From Macrostomum lignano (lineage: Eukaryota), in assembly GCA_002269645.1 (NCBI GenBank), contig NIVC01000971.1, positions 1 through 64,000 on the forward strand: a stretch of DNA of 64,000 nt, in the 5' to 3' direction. Below are positions 12,054 to 23,589 of this stretch, piece after piece. The notes under the pieces are model-generated. The model saw nothing but the letters and a program-made list of their open reading frames with translations, was not told where the DNA came from and searched no databases. The position numbers and the translations under genes are program-made. The first letter of the stretch is position 1, and every line of letters starts with the position of its first letter.

Positions 12054-12603
12054 TTAGGAATCGCTTTCACTGTCGCTGTCCACGTGAAAGTCCGCATTTT
12101 TAAAGTACTCCGGGTCGATCTTGGCCAGCCGAACTCGCCACTCAGCTCGGCTGAGTGTCAGGCAGAACTCCCGAGCCGCCGCAGTCTGGCTCGCGTCAAT
12201 CACTGGCAGGCCGCAGCAGTGTTTTGTATCGTCCAACTGAGCGTAGAACCTCTCCAGCTTGCTGGGCAGAGGCGTGCGCGCTCGTCTGCGCCGATTGCTG
12301 CGACTTCTTTGCCGGCGCCGCAAACTGGCATCCTCAGTGGCGACTGGCTGTTGCTGTTCCACATTGGCGAAGGTCTTGGCGCGTTCCAGCTCGACAGCTG
12401 CGACTGCTACAGCTAGGTCACTGCTGGATGCTACAGTTGAAGGGTTGGCGGTCAGCTGGCGCCGGTGCTGCATCGGCGCCTCGATGATGCTGGCTGGCTC
12501 TGCTGGCGTCTCAGCAGCAGCAGAACTTGGTGGGGAAGATGGGCGAACCTCGACCGGTCTGTCCGGTCTGTGGTGGCCGCTTTTTGGCGCCGGGCCTAGG
12601 AAC
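12054..12603 (-). CDS. Uncharacterised protein, exon 2
   Basis: Acceptor ccgcAG|G then FLGPAPKSG..., open to TAA at 12054-56; GC-rich, with a C-terminal globular-looking segment (LERFYAQLDD..EWRVRLAKIDPEYF). Confidence 0.6.
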
Positions 12604-12715
12604 CTGCGGCAGCATTTTTAGATACTTGTGATGTTTTGTGACAAATCAAGAACCATGCAAAAGTAAAGAAGCACCATGTCAAAAAATAAGCGTTATGTAA
12701 AAAGACGTGTCTTGT

Positions 12716-13325
12716 GGAGAATTGCTGAGATGTCAATTAGGCTTACGGGGGGATTGCTAAGATGTCAAGGCTTGTTGGGAGAATTGCTGAGATGTCAAGG
12801 CTTGTTGGGAGAATTGCTGAGATGTCAAGGCTTGTTGGGAGAATTGCTGAGATGTCAAGGCTTATGGGAGAATTGCTGAGATGTCAAGGATTTCGGGAGA
12901 ATTGCTGAGATGTCAAGGATTTCGGGAGAATTGCTGAGATGTCAAGGATTTCGGGAGAATTGCTGAGGTGTCAAGGATTTCGGGAGAATTGCTGAGATGT
13001 CAAGGATTTCGGGAGAATTGCTGAGATGTCAAGGATTTCGGGAGAATTGCTGAGGTGTCAAGGATTTCGGGAGAATTGCTGAGATGTCAAGGATTTCGGG
13101 AGAATTGCTGAGGTGTCAAGGATTTCGGGAGAATTGCTGAGATGTCAAGGATTTCAAGAGAATTGCTGAGGTGTCAAGGCTTATGGGGAGAATTGCTGAG
13201 ATGTCAAGGATTTCAAGAGAATTTCTGAGATGTCAAGGCTTATGGGGAGAATTGCTGAGATGTCAAGGATTTCGGCAGAATTGCTGAGATGTCAAGGATT
13301 TCGAGAGAATTGCTGAGATGTCAAG
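12716..13325. repeat. 29/30-bp minisatellite
   Basis: Tandem gagaattgctgagatgtcaaggatttcgg / ...gcttgttgg, about 20 copies. Confidence 0.95.
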
Positions 13326-14067
13326 GCTGAGGTCAGAAGGTACTCGTACAATGGTATAAAATAAATCATATATCAGAATCGGACAGAATCGTAAGGATCG
13401 CTTGGGACTTTTTAGTTGTTCTCATAAAAGAGTCTGAGAATGCCATGGTGCCAGTAATCTTGCCATTCGATTATCGTTGGTTTGAAAGTAATGACTCCAT
13501 GGAGTCTGCTTTAAAATTATTCCCCAAAACCACTTTAGCCGTTAGCGTCACAAACTGTGCTTGCTGTGTGTATTTGACTTTTAACCAACAGCGCAAGAGT
13601 CTAAATTGAAACGCCACAGTTTAATGTACAACTGAATTGGTTGTTCTAAGTTACCACCTTTTGAGCTGTGGTAGAAATATGTGTAAGTATGAGAAAAATG
13701 GGTAAGTTGCTCAAGGAGGGAGGGATTGCAGAGAGATGCCAAAGGCTGATGCTGATAGGCTACAAAGCTTGATGTCAGTATGTTTTCTCTGATTTTTTGA
13801 AATCTATAAATGTAAGAACAATAGCTGCGCTGTACAAAGGCATTTACAAATTCTTAAATCTTATTTCTTCATTTGTTGCTGAGCAATAAAAAAGATTTAG
13901 CCCAGGGTCGGCAAACGTTTTATCTCAAAGGCCAGATACAAAATCTAGATCATTAGGAAGGGAATGAGAAGAGAGGAAAGAAGACAGAAGACAGAAGAGG
14001 AGAGTAGAGAGAAGATGAGAGATAAGAGGAAAGGGGAGGACAGAAGAGGACAGAAGAGAGGAGAGGA

Positions 14068-14860
14068 CCGACCGTGATCTGCCAAACCGGTCACAACGGG
14101 AGGCTGCGCGTCACTAGAAGAGCCTTCTCCCGACCGGGGATCCCGCCCGCAGGCTCCTGGAGAGCCAAGTCAGGCCCCGACTCCGCTACAGGGCCCATGA
14201 AGTCACCATCGCCACGCGGCGCTCGGACTTTGGATCGCCTAGGATCAGAAATCTGGCGGTTCATCAAGCAACTGCCAGCCCACATCTGCCTTAACCTCCA
14301 GTGGGTACCTGGCCACGCGGGCATCCAAGGCAACGAGGACGCAGACCAGACCGCCCGCCAGGCGCTCGAAATAGATCAAGGCCCCGCGACTGCCAGAAGC
14401 GAAGCAGCGACATGCGTCGCCACCAGGACCCTCCTGCGGACCTGGCGGAATACCCGCAAAAGGACTCATCCGCTCCGCAGCGACACTCCGGGACACGATG
14501 ACCTGGACCGCTGGGGCCAGGTCATCAGACTCATCATTAGCCAGCTACGCACTCTCTGCACCTCGATCATCAAAGACTCGGCCTACCGCTTTGGCCTAGC
14601 CATGGATGATAGATGCCCAGCGTGCGGGGAACATGATAGCGCAGTTCACCTCCTCATCGACTGCTAGAACTATTAACCGATGCGTAGCCAAATCTGGGGA
14701 GGTGGCTGAATCGGCATCGACTACATCTTCAGAGGAGACGCAAGCCTCATTTGCCGCTACCTTCGCAGTGTGGGCCGCACGGACCCGCCCATTGACGATC
14801 CTGGCGGACCGACGGCCCCTGCCCCCTTGCCCGCGGGCGAGGACAGGCGGGAGTGAAGCG
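14068..14860 (+). mobile_element. 5'-truncated LINE fragment with RNase H and CCHC knuckle
   Basis: Contains LQWVPGHAGIQGNEDADQTARQA (LINE RNase H) and RCPACGEHDSAVHLLIDC; GA-rich tracts on both sides. Confidence 0.85.
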
Positions 14861-15021
14861 AGAGAGAGAGAGAGGAGAGAGGATAGGTAAGGAGAGGACA
14901 GATGAGGAGAGAGAAAAGGAGAGGAGAGAGGAGAAGACACAAACCCTGAGCGGACCGGATTTCTATTGTGAATTAAGTTTCAAAGGACCCGAGGTCGGAT
15001 TCGGTTAATTTTCTTACTTAC

Positions 15022-15209
15022 TTAATCGACAGCGCCTCGCGGTCGGAGGGGCGCTTTTTGACTGACTTCAGTAGCTTGGCAGTTTCCGACTTCTGTTGCT
15101 CGATATGCGCCAATCTGGACGCCTGTTGGCGGTAGAGTTCTTCGACCCGACTTCGATAAGCCGCATCTAGGCGGCTGTTCAGGGCCTGCACATTCTTGCT
15201 AGAGGCCAT
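15022..15209 (-). CDS. Uncharacterised protein, exon 1
   Basis: MASSKNVQALNSRLDAAYRSRVEELY...LSI, then phase-2 donor AA|GTAAGT that joins in frame to 12603. Confidence 0.6.
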
Positions 15210-15945
15210 GTTAGGCGCTGTATTCGGTCAGGTTTTACAGCACAAGGCGGAGCGCATCTCATATTAAAAGCTGAGTAGATCGACAGCGCTATGCGTTGCT
15301 TTTATTTATATTGCTACAAATGTGAGGAACGGCAGACAGACGAGGGTCTTGAGTTGAAGAATATGAGCATTTCAGCCCAATAGAGTGTGCAACAGAAAAG
15401 GAGTGATAAATGAAACTGCGCATACAAGTGCTGCTCAGTCACAGTCTCTAGCTAAATTAATTTAATGGAAAAGTAGCGAGCAAGTGCCAGACTGTATACT
15501 CAGACCCATTTCGAAGAAACAGCATTAAGACCATCAGTAGAGCTGGCATTTTCTTATAGAGAAAACGCGCTGTCATCTATCATACTGGTCCCTAATGGTG
15601 GCTATACAGTCGTATAAAGGCACAAATGCATTGAGCACAGCGGCGGTTTAGGAGTTGCAGTTTTACACGAAGCAACACAATTACGACCTACATCGGATGA
15701 AGGGGTATATTAAAGCTAACCATTGCAGCTACTTAAGGTGCATTGTGCTTACACGAGCAAGCTCGACCCGAGCCGCTTATACAAAAAACTTTCGAGTTTC
15801 AATCCTTGAATTGTAATGCTTGCAAAGGTAAACAAACTTCGACAAAGCAATAGTTGAGTTAAAACGCGGAGCTTCACTGGTTCGTATAGTGTCCTTTGTC
15901 AGCTTATACTTGTAATAGATAACTACGTGTACCTAGAATTCTTAA

Positions 15946-16306
15946 TTTTTTTTTACAGGCAGGGGGGTTGTGTGCACCCTGGCGCACTTTAAGCGACATG
16001 GGCACACAACCGGCGAGAGGCTTTACTGCCCATTCCGCCGACTCCCCTGAGCAGGCATACAAGCGCGCGGATACGTACGCAGGCACACACTCACACAGGA
16101 GTGTACAGCGGCCCTAACTTTATATTATCGTTAGGCATGTACACTTCACTGCGCCTTGGGGGGGTTGGCTCTCAAGGCCGTTAATTGCACGAGCAGAGCC
16201 AAGCCGAGATTCCAATTCAGCCCCAGATTAATGTGACTGCACTTGGAATCGAGCCTGGGTGGCTGGCACACCAGAGCAGCTGCGCTACCGCTGGGCTACG
16301 GCCCCC
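15946..16306 (-). mobile_element. tRNA-derived SINE (family A), copy 1
   Basis: Minus-strand head GGGGGCCGTAGCCCAGCGG (A box) and GGCTCGATTCC (B box), A-rich tail; homologous to 18404 and 60410. Confidence 0.85.
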
Positions 16307-16795
16307 GAATTCTTAACTTAGTGGAAAAACCATAAATACAGTTCAAAAGCATCATAAACATGCTCAACATTAGTAAAAACCTGAACGGCCCACCACATTC
16401 CTAACTAAAGCATTTACACTTTACAGTTTACAGAGCATTAAAAAAGAGTAAAAACTGTCTACCATTTCTGATCTATTTTTAGATAATTAAATTATGAACA
16501 GACCTGTACAGTCATTTTTAACAATTTATTTGTTTAAATTTGTTTAAAACAATATATTTGTTTGATTGGCAGACATATCAAAACAGGTCAGAAAACATAT
16601 GAAAACTTCAAAGCTAGGTAAGTTTCATTTTTATTTAATAATAATATGGTTACTAGCTCGAAAAGTTCTATGCAAAACGCACAGTTAACTAGACATGTTT
16701 CGAAAAATTAACACTTCCATTTTTCATACAGCATGTCAACACGTGTCCAAAGTGGGTAACACTTGTGTGCCTTACAATTAATAAACTAGCCAATG

Positions 16796-17209
16796 TCACG
16801 CAATGGAATCCTTGCGATACATGAGCACTACACACACATCCGGTGGCAGCTCGCCCTCATCCAGGTAGTCGGACAGTTCAACCTTTTCCCAAGCGAGAAA
16901 ATCTCCAACGCGATCCAGAAACTCGGACTATACGTCCGGATTTCGATCTTCGTAGGCATGCAGAATCAACGGCGACTGGCCCTCCTTGCAGAATATATCT
17001 CGCAAGCTGTCACTGAGCAATTCCACGTACTCGAATTGGTATAGACAGTCCGACATAACCAGCAGGTGGACGGGAAAATGATGCAGCGGCGGAGGCTGGC
17101 CCCAAACGTAGACATCGGCTACAACTGAACAATTGTCCAGCATGTGCGCATTCTGGGCCAGGTTCACGGCCAGCTGGGGTATCACGCCGGGCAGGTCTGT
17201 GAGAATCGA
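16796..17209 (-). CDS. METTL21-family methyltransferase, exon 2 (in-frame TAG at 16928-16930)
   Basis: Reads SILTDLPGVIPQLAVN..VYVWG..LLVMSDCLY..AYEDRNPDV*SEFLDRVGDFLAWEKVEL..VVLMYRK; the frame continues 43 codons past the TAG. Confidence 0.8.
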
Positions 17210-18403
17210 CTGCAGATTAGACCAAATGGAAATACAATACCGTCAGACATGAAATTATTAATTGTAATAAGTTGGCAAGTTCAGAGCTCGGGCACTGGTG
17301 TTGTAATCGCATTTAGCTGACAGGGCGGTTTAGGTAGGGCTTATGAATTACGGGTTTAGGTTTGGGTCTAGAAATTAGGAGTTTACTCGTAGGATAAGCT
17401 TTAGGTTAGATAGATAGAAAGACGCTGAAGAGTCAAAGACACTTAACGCTCACACGCTCGTGAAAAAAGTTCAGAGGGCCAAGAAGTGGCCTCAAGCGGG
17501 GTGAGGTAGATGGCCTGAAGGTCGCTAACAAAGGTCTTTAGAAGTGTCTCAGTGCGCGCATGTCCGCGACGGTATGGGTCGCATAGCGGATTGAGCACGA
17601 CGACCGCAAGGTCGTCATTTAGGTTAAGGGGAGGCTCGGCAGTCAATAGTTATAGATGCCCAATAAATGATATATAGATAGAACAGTGATTTTCAGTAAT
17701 GAAGCCAACCAAACAAAAGACTTATTAGAAAGCTTAATATCAACATTTGAATATGATTGCAATTTCTAACAACTTCAACGCGTTTCGCACGCCATGGTGC
17801 ATCGTCAGGATTTTATTAGAACGGTTTGAGAAATTGAGAGCGATTGATTAAATATTGGTTTTGCAACGTACACAGGTAAGGAGGGTAAGATTGAAAACAA
17901 TTGATTACAACTTGGCTTTAACAACATACATAGGTAGGTAGGAGAGAGAATTATAGATTGAGATTGAAAGTTGAAGTTGTTAGAAATTGCAATCATATTC
18001 AAATGTTGATATTAAGCTTTCTATTTATTCTTCTCGCCAAGCGAGCGACTCTACCAGCAAAGACTTATTAGGTTTTTTTTCTACCGTATTTCACCCAAAG
18101 GTCAAGAACATTTTTAGTCTGTGTGTATGGGCTCTGACTGATGGATTTCACACCCATTGTTAGCCTGGTAGAAGATCGTTAAATACCCTTGAACCTCAAG
18201 CAACAAAATGCAGAGCTTAAACATGTAGTCAGCTCTGCTAAATATATAGCAAATGGAGATTGACAGTGAGATGAAAAATCATAACTGCTCATTGCATTAA
18301 AATGTACAGCATTCATCAGTTCACCAGTTTAACTATACACTATACTGTTTGACAGATCTTTTTTAAACTCGGATCATATCTGATGCTTTTTTAATCGATG
18401 CCG

Positions 18404-18752
18404 GGGGCGGTGTGCACCCTGGCGCACTTTAAGCGACATTGTCACACAACCGGCGAGAGGCATTACTGCCTATTCCGCAGACTCCCCTGAGCAGGCGCAC
18501 AAGCGCGCGGATACGTACGCAGTCATACGCACAGGCACACACTCACACAGGAGTGTACAGCGGCCCTAACTTTATATTATCGTTAGGCATGTACACTTCA
18601 CTGCGCCTTGGGGGTAGAGTCTCAAGGTTGTTAATTGCACGAGCAGAGCCAAGCTCAGATTCCAGTTCAGCCCCAAAATAATGTGACTGCACTTGGAATG
18701 GAGCCTGGGCCGCCGACACATCAGAGCGACGCGCTGGACCACTAGGTTACAC
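18404..18752 (-). mobile_element. tRNA-derived SINE (family A), copy 2, in the methyltransferase intron
   Basis: High similarity to 15946-16306. Confidence 0.85.
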
Positions 18753-18832
18753 CCTTCACATATTAGATGGTTGTATCTCGTTTTACTGTTAACAACAGAG
18801 AAAAGAATAGTTAATTATACAAATAGAAATAC

Positions 18833-19102
18833 CTTGCAGCCAAGCATAGCCAATTGCATGCCAACTAATCCAGTGCCGCTGCCCAGCTCCAGCGCCGTCA
18901 TGCTGCTGAAACTCTCGCTGCCCGGCTGCGGCACCGCTCTGGCCATCACGGCGGCCCGAATGCGGTCGGTGAATTCGGGCACAAGCAGCAGCCGGCTGAG
19001 CACCAGGCCGCAGTCCCAGGCCACGCCGCCAATGCCAGAGGACAGGCCAGTCTGCGACAGAGTCAGACTGTAGCCATCGACTGTTTCAATCAGCAGATCC
19101 AT
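18833..19102 (-). CDS. METTL21-family (Methyltransf_16) lysine methyltransferase, exon 1
   Basis: Contains GIGGVAWDCGLVLSR and ALELGSGTGLVG (SAM motif I); donor AAG|GTATTT. Confidence 0.9.
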
Positions 19103-19271
19103 TATTCAATTAAAGCGTCTCAGGTTGCTGCTGGTCAAGTAGCCTAGAACTGTTTAAGCCTACGATGCTGCTGCATGACTCGGAGTCTGCATGCATTTAT
19201 TGAACTCGTTATTAGTAGATGCGTACAGTATTGGCGCGTTTGCATGTGCCCAGGAGTCAGTGGAATGGTGT

Positions 19272-19950
19272 ACCCTTGAAATGATGCACCTGATATCTAC
19301 CTGATGCAGCCCTGCTCATATTATAATGTTCTGTAATCTGTGTAACCCATCAAGCTGCGTCAACCCTTGAAATGATGCACCCGATATCTACCTGATGCAG
19401 CCCTGCTCATATTATAATGTTCTGTAATTTGTGTAACCCATCAAGCTGTGTCAACCCTTGAAATGATGCACCCGATATCTACCTGATGCAGCCCTGCTCA
19501 TATTATAATGTTCTGTAATCTGTGTAACCCATCAAGCTGCGTCAACCCTTGAAATGATGCACCTGATATCTACCTGATGCAGCCCTGCTCATATTATAAT
19601 GTTCTGTAATCTGTGTAACCAATCAAGCTGCGTCAACCCTTGAATGATGCACCTGATATCTACCTGATGCAGCCCTGCTCATATTATACTGTTCTGTAAT
19701 CTGCGTAACCCATCAAGCTGTGTCAACCCTTGAAATGGTGCACCTGATATCTACCTGATGCAGCCCTGCTCATTATACTGTTCTGTAATTTGTGTAACCC
19801 ATCAAGCTGTGTCAACCCTTGAAATGGTGCACCTGATATCTACCTGATGCAGCCCTGCTCATATTATAATGTTCTGTAATCTGCGTAACCCATCAAGCTG
19901 TGTCAACCCTTGAAATGATGCACCTGATATCTACCTGATGCAGCCCTGCT
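19272..19950. repeat. 91-bp tandem repeat, about 7.5 copies
   Basis: acccttgaaatgatgcacc... recurs at 19272, 19363 and onward. Confidence 0.95.
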
Positions 19951-20237
19951 CGCGACTGTTAACCGCTTGACCAGCCCTCTAACTCTAAGCCAAACAAGCC
20001 AACTTCCGAACGAAACAAAAACACGAAACTGTTCATTAAAATATTCATTAAAAATAATTCAAGTATCCCGGGCACTGCCGGCAGAAGTCCTTAATTTATT
20101 TAAAGCATAATATAATGAGAACCGTGAAAGCTATATAATAATAAATGCACAGAAATAATACACGCTTTTCGAAAGAAGTAAAACACTTTGGGTTCCTAAC
20201 ACTTTGGGTGAGGAATTGGCAATGAAAAGTGCAATCG

Positions 20238-21260
20238 CTACTGGCTACCCGAGTGATTTGCAGCCCATCGCTGCTTGACTTGCATAAGCCGGCTGTTCAA
20301 CTCGCCGAGCCGCTGTCGATGCGCCGAGATCGCGTCAGAATTGGCAGAGCCATCCTCCGACATCATCGCTTTGGCCAGTTTTAATGCACTCTCAGTGGCA
20401 TCCAGAACATCATCAGGCGTTGCCTTAGAAACGGCCGTGTCAGCGGCTGTGCCAACATCTAGCCTAGCCCGGAGCCGGCTCAGCCTATCCAGGTAAGCGG
20501 ACAAGCGACCATCCCGATTCTCTGATGATCCGCTGTCGACGATTCTCAACTGAAGCGTCGGAGCGTCTTCGTCCTCAGCCAGTCGCCGACGCGACGACTC
20601 CAGCAAGCTGCGCAGACGCCGAAGTCTGGCCAGCTCGGCCTCCTGGCCAGTGAGCAGCCGCTCGTGTAGCGCCCGCCTACGCTGCAGCAGATCCAACAGT
20701 CTGGCCTGACGCTCTGCCAGGAGACGCAGACTAGCTAGACGCCTATCCAGCCTGCGCTGCTCCTGCTGTCCAGCAAGCGTTGAAGCAGCCGCGGCAGCGG
20801 CAGACTCAATAGTAGTAGAGTCTGGCAAAGCTGAACTAGATGATAAATCGAATTCCTGAGCCGATTTGGCTTCAGCTAGCCAAGTCTTGGCCATAGACAG
20901 CGTCCGCTCCGGGTCGTCCAGGTGAACGCGAAGTCGCCTACACTGCTCGGCCAGAACCGCCGATCGTCCTGCTAGGCGCCCGCGTTCAACCAGCACTTGG
21001 CGGTGGAGATTGCGCACCCGTTGAAGCTCCGAGTACAAGGAGGTCGAGCTCTCCAAAGCATCGCAGTTCTGCTCGTCGCTGTCCGATTCAAAGTTGTCGC
21101 AGGCGTTGCTGGAATCAGACGAGAACAGTCGATCGGCAAGGCCGACAAGCGCCCGGTCTAAGGCGGCCTCAGCTTCGGTTAATGGGGCAGCTGGGCGAGC
21201 GCACAGCAGCGTAGGCGCCGGGCTGCCTTGTAGCAGCAGCCGCGAATGCAAGTTTCGCAC
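20238..21260 (-). CDS. Coiled-coil protein of unknown function, exon 2
   Basis: Acceptor ttgcAG|GTG, about 340 open codons rich in L/R/E/A heptads, TAG stop. Confidence 0.75.
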   Translation of the reverse strand: MRNLHSRLLLQGSPAPTLLCARPAAPLTEAEAALDRALVGLADRLFSSDSSNACDNFESDSDEQNCDALESSTSLYSELQRVRNLHRQVLVERGRLAGRSAVLAEQCRRLRVHLDDPERTLSMAKTWLAEAKSAQEFDLSSSSALPDSTTIESAAAAAASTLAGQQEQRRLDRRLASLRLLAERQARLLDLLQRRRALHERLLTGQEAELARLRRLRSLLESSRRRLAEDEDAPTLQLRIVDSGSSENRDGRLSAYLDRLSRLRARLDVGTAADTAVSKATPDDVLDATESALKLAKAMMSEDGSANSDAISAHRQRLGELNSRLMQVKQRWAANHSGSQ

Positions 21261-21416
21261 CTGCAATGTGTTTCGGTTATTAGCTGCCGAAGTTACAAAA
21301 CAACTACTATTCCACTAAATACAATTTAGGAACGTCGTACTTCTTAACAGCAGTTTCAAAACTTAAAACGGTTAGACCTACTCTCAATTTGTTTGATTAA
21401 TCTTTATAGCCTAGTG

Positions 21417-21760
21417 GGGGTTTTAGCCTAGTAGATAGAGCGTGGAATGCACGACTGAAAGGTCGATGGTTCGATTCTCGACCTTACTCGGAACAATTTG
21501 TGTCATTGAACACGCTTAACTCTGCATTGTTTCAATTCACCCAGCTGTAAAATGGGTGCCATAATTAGCTGGGGTAATTGAGGCTGTGTGTGGCGACCCC
21601 CCAGTCCTTGGGCTGAACAGCCGTACGCAGCCTTCAGATGCGCCGCGCAATAGCTGCGGCTGAGCTGTCGGTTGCACATCTGGCGCCATTGGGGCAGGTT
21701 TAATCAATATTGATTAATTATTATTATTATTATTAATTATTATTGACTATGACTATTTAT
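21417..21760 (+). mobile_element. tRNA-derived SINE (family B) with CORE-like segment and (ATT)n tail
   Basis: A box TAGCCTAGTAG, B box GGTTCGATTCT, central ...ccagctgtaaaatggg, 3' (TTA)n. Confidence 0.75.
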
Positions 21761-21933
21761 TGGCTTACTTTGTTATTATCATCATCTTAATACAAAAGCA
21801 TTCAAAGGATGCCAAATCAAAAGCCTGCTGACGAATTTGATTAAAAATCAGATTTAACAATTGCCTCAATTTTTTTAAACTGCCTAATAGGTAGAATAAT
21901 AAGAAAAATTACTAAATTCAAAATAGAATTCAC

Positions 21934-22347
21934 CTGTTCGGAAAAGCTATTTAGCGCCTCATGATAGTCGCGCTCCACAATTAGCTCTTCCTCTTGCCGC
22001 TCATTGCACTGATCTTCGCCACCAGCCAGAGTAGCAGTGGTTGCCAGGGCGGAAGCTGGCAACTCCTCAGCGCTCTTCAATGCCTTTAACTGACGCTCAA
22101 GTCGCACAGAATGCGCCAGTTCCAGCAGGCCAAACAGGGAACGCCTGGCGATGTTGGCAGCAACTGTAGCTGAGCCAATACTGTCACGTCCCAAGTTGGC
22201 AGCCCGCCAGACAAGTGGCAACTCATCAATACTGCGCCGCAGATGGCTGTCAGAATGTTCAGCGTCATAGGCGCTGGAGAGAACAGCTACCTGACTGGCT
22301 GATACAGACACACCAACCGATTCCATGAAATGCAGGAAACTCTCCAT
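21934..22347 (-). CDS. Coiled-coil protein of unknown function, exon 1
   Basis: ATG at 22347, 138 codons, phase-0 donor CAG|GTGAAT. Confidence 0.7.
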
Positions 22348-23589
22348 TGAAGCCAGCAGTATATCGCTTCCATTTTATGAAAAAAACACGATTGAATGAT
22401 AAGGACAGGCTTTTTAAGCTAGTTTAGAATATATAGGCCTAGATACTTTACCAGAACAACAGCATGACATGTTTTATAAGAATCTAATTTCACTAAGGTT
22501 GTCTATTGTCTATTGACACTTTAATAATACTTTTTAATGCTATTTTAAGAAGTCATGTTGAAACTTTTGAATAGACTCACTGATGAAATGAGAAATTTGA
22601 CTATAGGCAAATCTTGGCAAGAAATTCTTGATGGAAAGAACTTGACAAACAAGCGAAGCTATATGTTTGGCTTCTCTTTAAGTCCATTAAAATAAGTCTT
22701 CTATGATTTAATAAAAAAGTATTTATAGAAAGTAAATAGTATTTTTCAGCTAGGTCTTAAATTAAGATTACTAGTGACCGAAATTTAGGACATTTCATCC
22801 AATTTTCTTGGTATTATAACAAGAAGTATTCTTAGTTATATATATAAGAGTTTTTTAACAAATGAAATAGACATTTGACTTACAGATTTAATTTATTCAA
22901 AGCAGAAAAAATATTTTTTAACATTTGGTCACTTTGCCACTTAAATGGAAAGATAGTGGTCTGTTCGTAAAAACAACCACCCTAACCATTGCTATGTATT
23001 GGAGCAGTGTATGACATATTCTGCATTCAATACAAATAACCCCCTTGTTAGGCTGCAATTAAATTTTAATGATTCTCCTGGAACAGGGGGTTGGGCTAAG
23101 TGTACATAGCATAACAATGTATAATGTAAACAGAGGCTATGGATAGCTAGGACTGTGTTGAGATTCAATACTTGTAGGTTTTATTATTGGTACCTTTCAA
23201 TAAGGCAGCCTTGTATATTAGTTAGGCAATACAATTCAATGAATAAACTTGTGAGTCTCTTACTGTAGGCTTGCCAGTAAATATACACTCAATATTTCAA
23301 TGCTTTAAATTAGAAAATTTCAAACACTATATATTCTTTGAGTTTTAAACTCTGAGAAGAGAGATTTATAGTTCTAGAAAGATCTTACAACACTGAGTTT
23401 GGGGATAAAAGTTGTTTGTTTTAAATAATAAAAAAGCACAGCATTAAAGAAACTATTTCCATACTTAGTCTTAGCTTTCTTCAAAGATTGTAGTCATTTT
23501 TGCAATAGGTCAGACATTAGAGTCAAAGATAAAGTTGGGCAGTTGCATACACACATTCAAACCAGCTATCATTTAGGTAATTTCAATAA

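Noticed and set aside
16230-16306. tRNA gene (also considered at 21417)
   Set aside because: A and B boxes are present, but there is no convincing cloverleaf and the sequence continues into a repeated SINE body.
16928-16930. Genome-wide TAG reassignment
   Set aside because: TAG ends the coiled-coil gene at 20238, and the long XRN2 and Mx frames contain no internal TAG.
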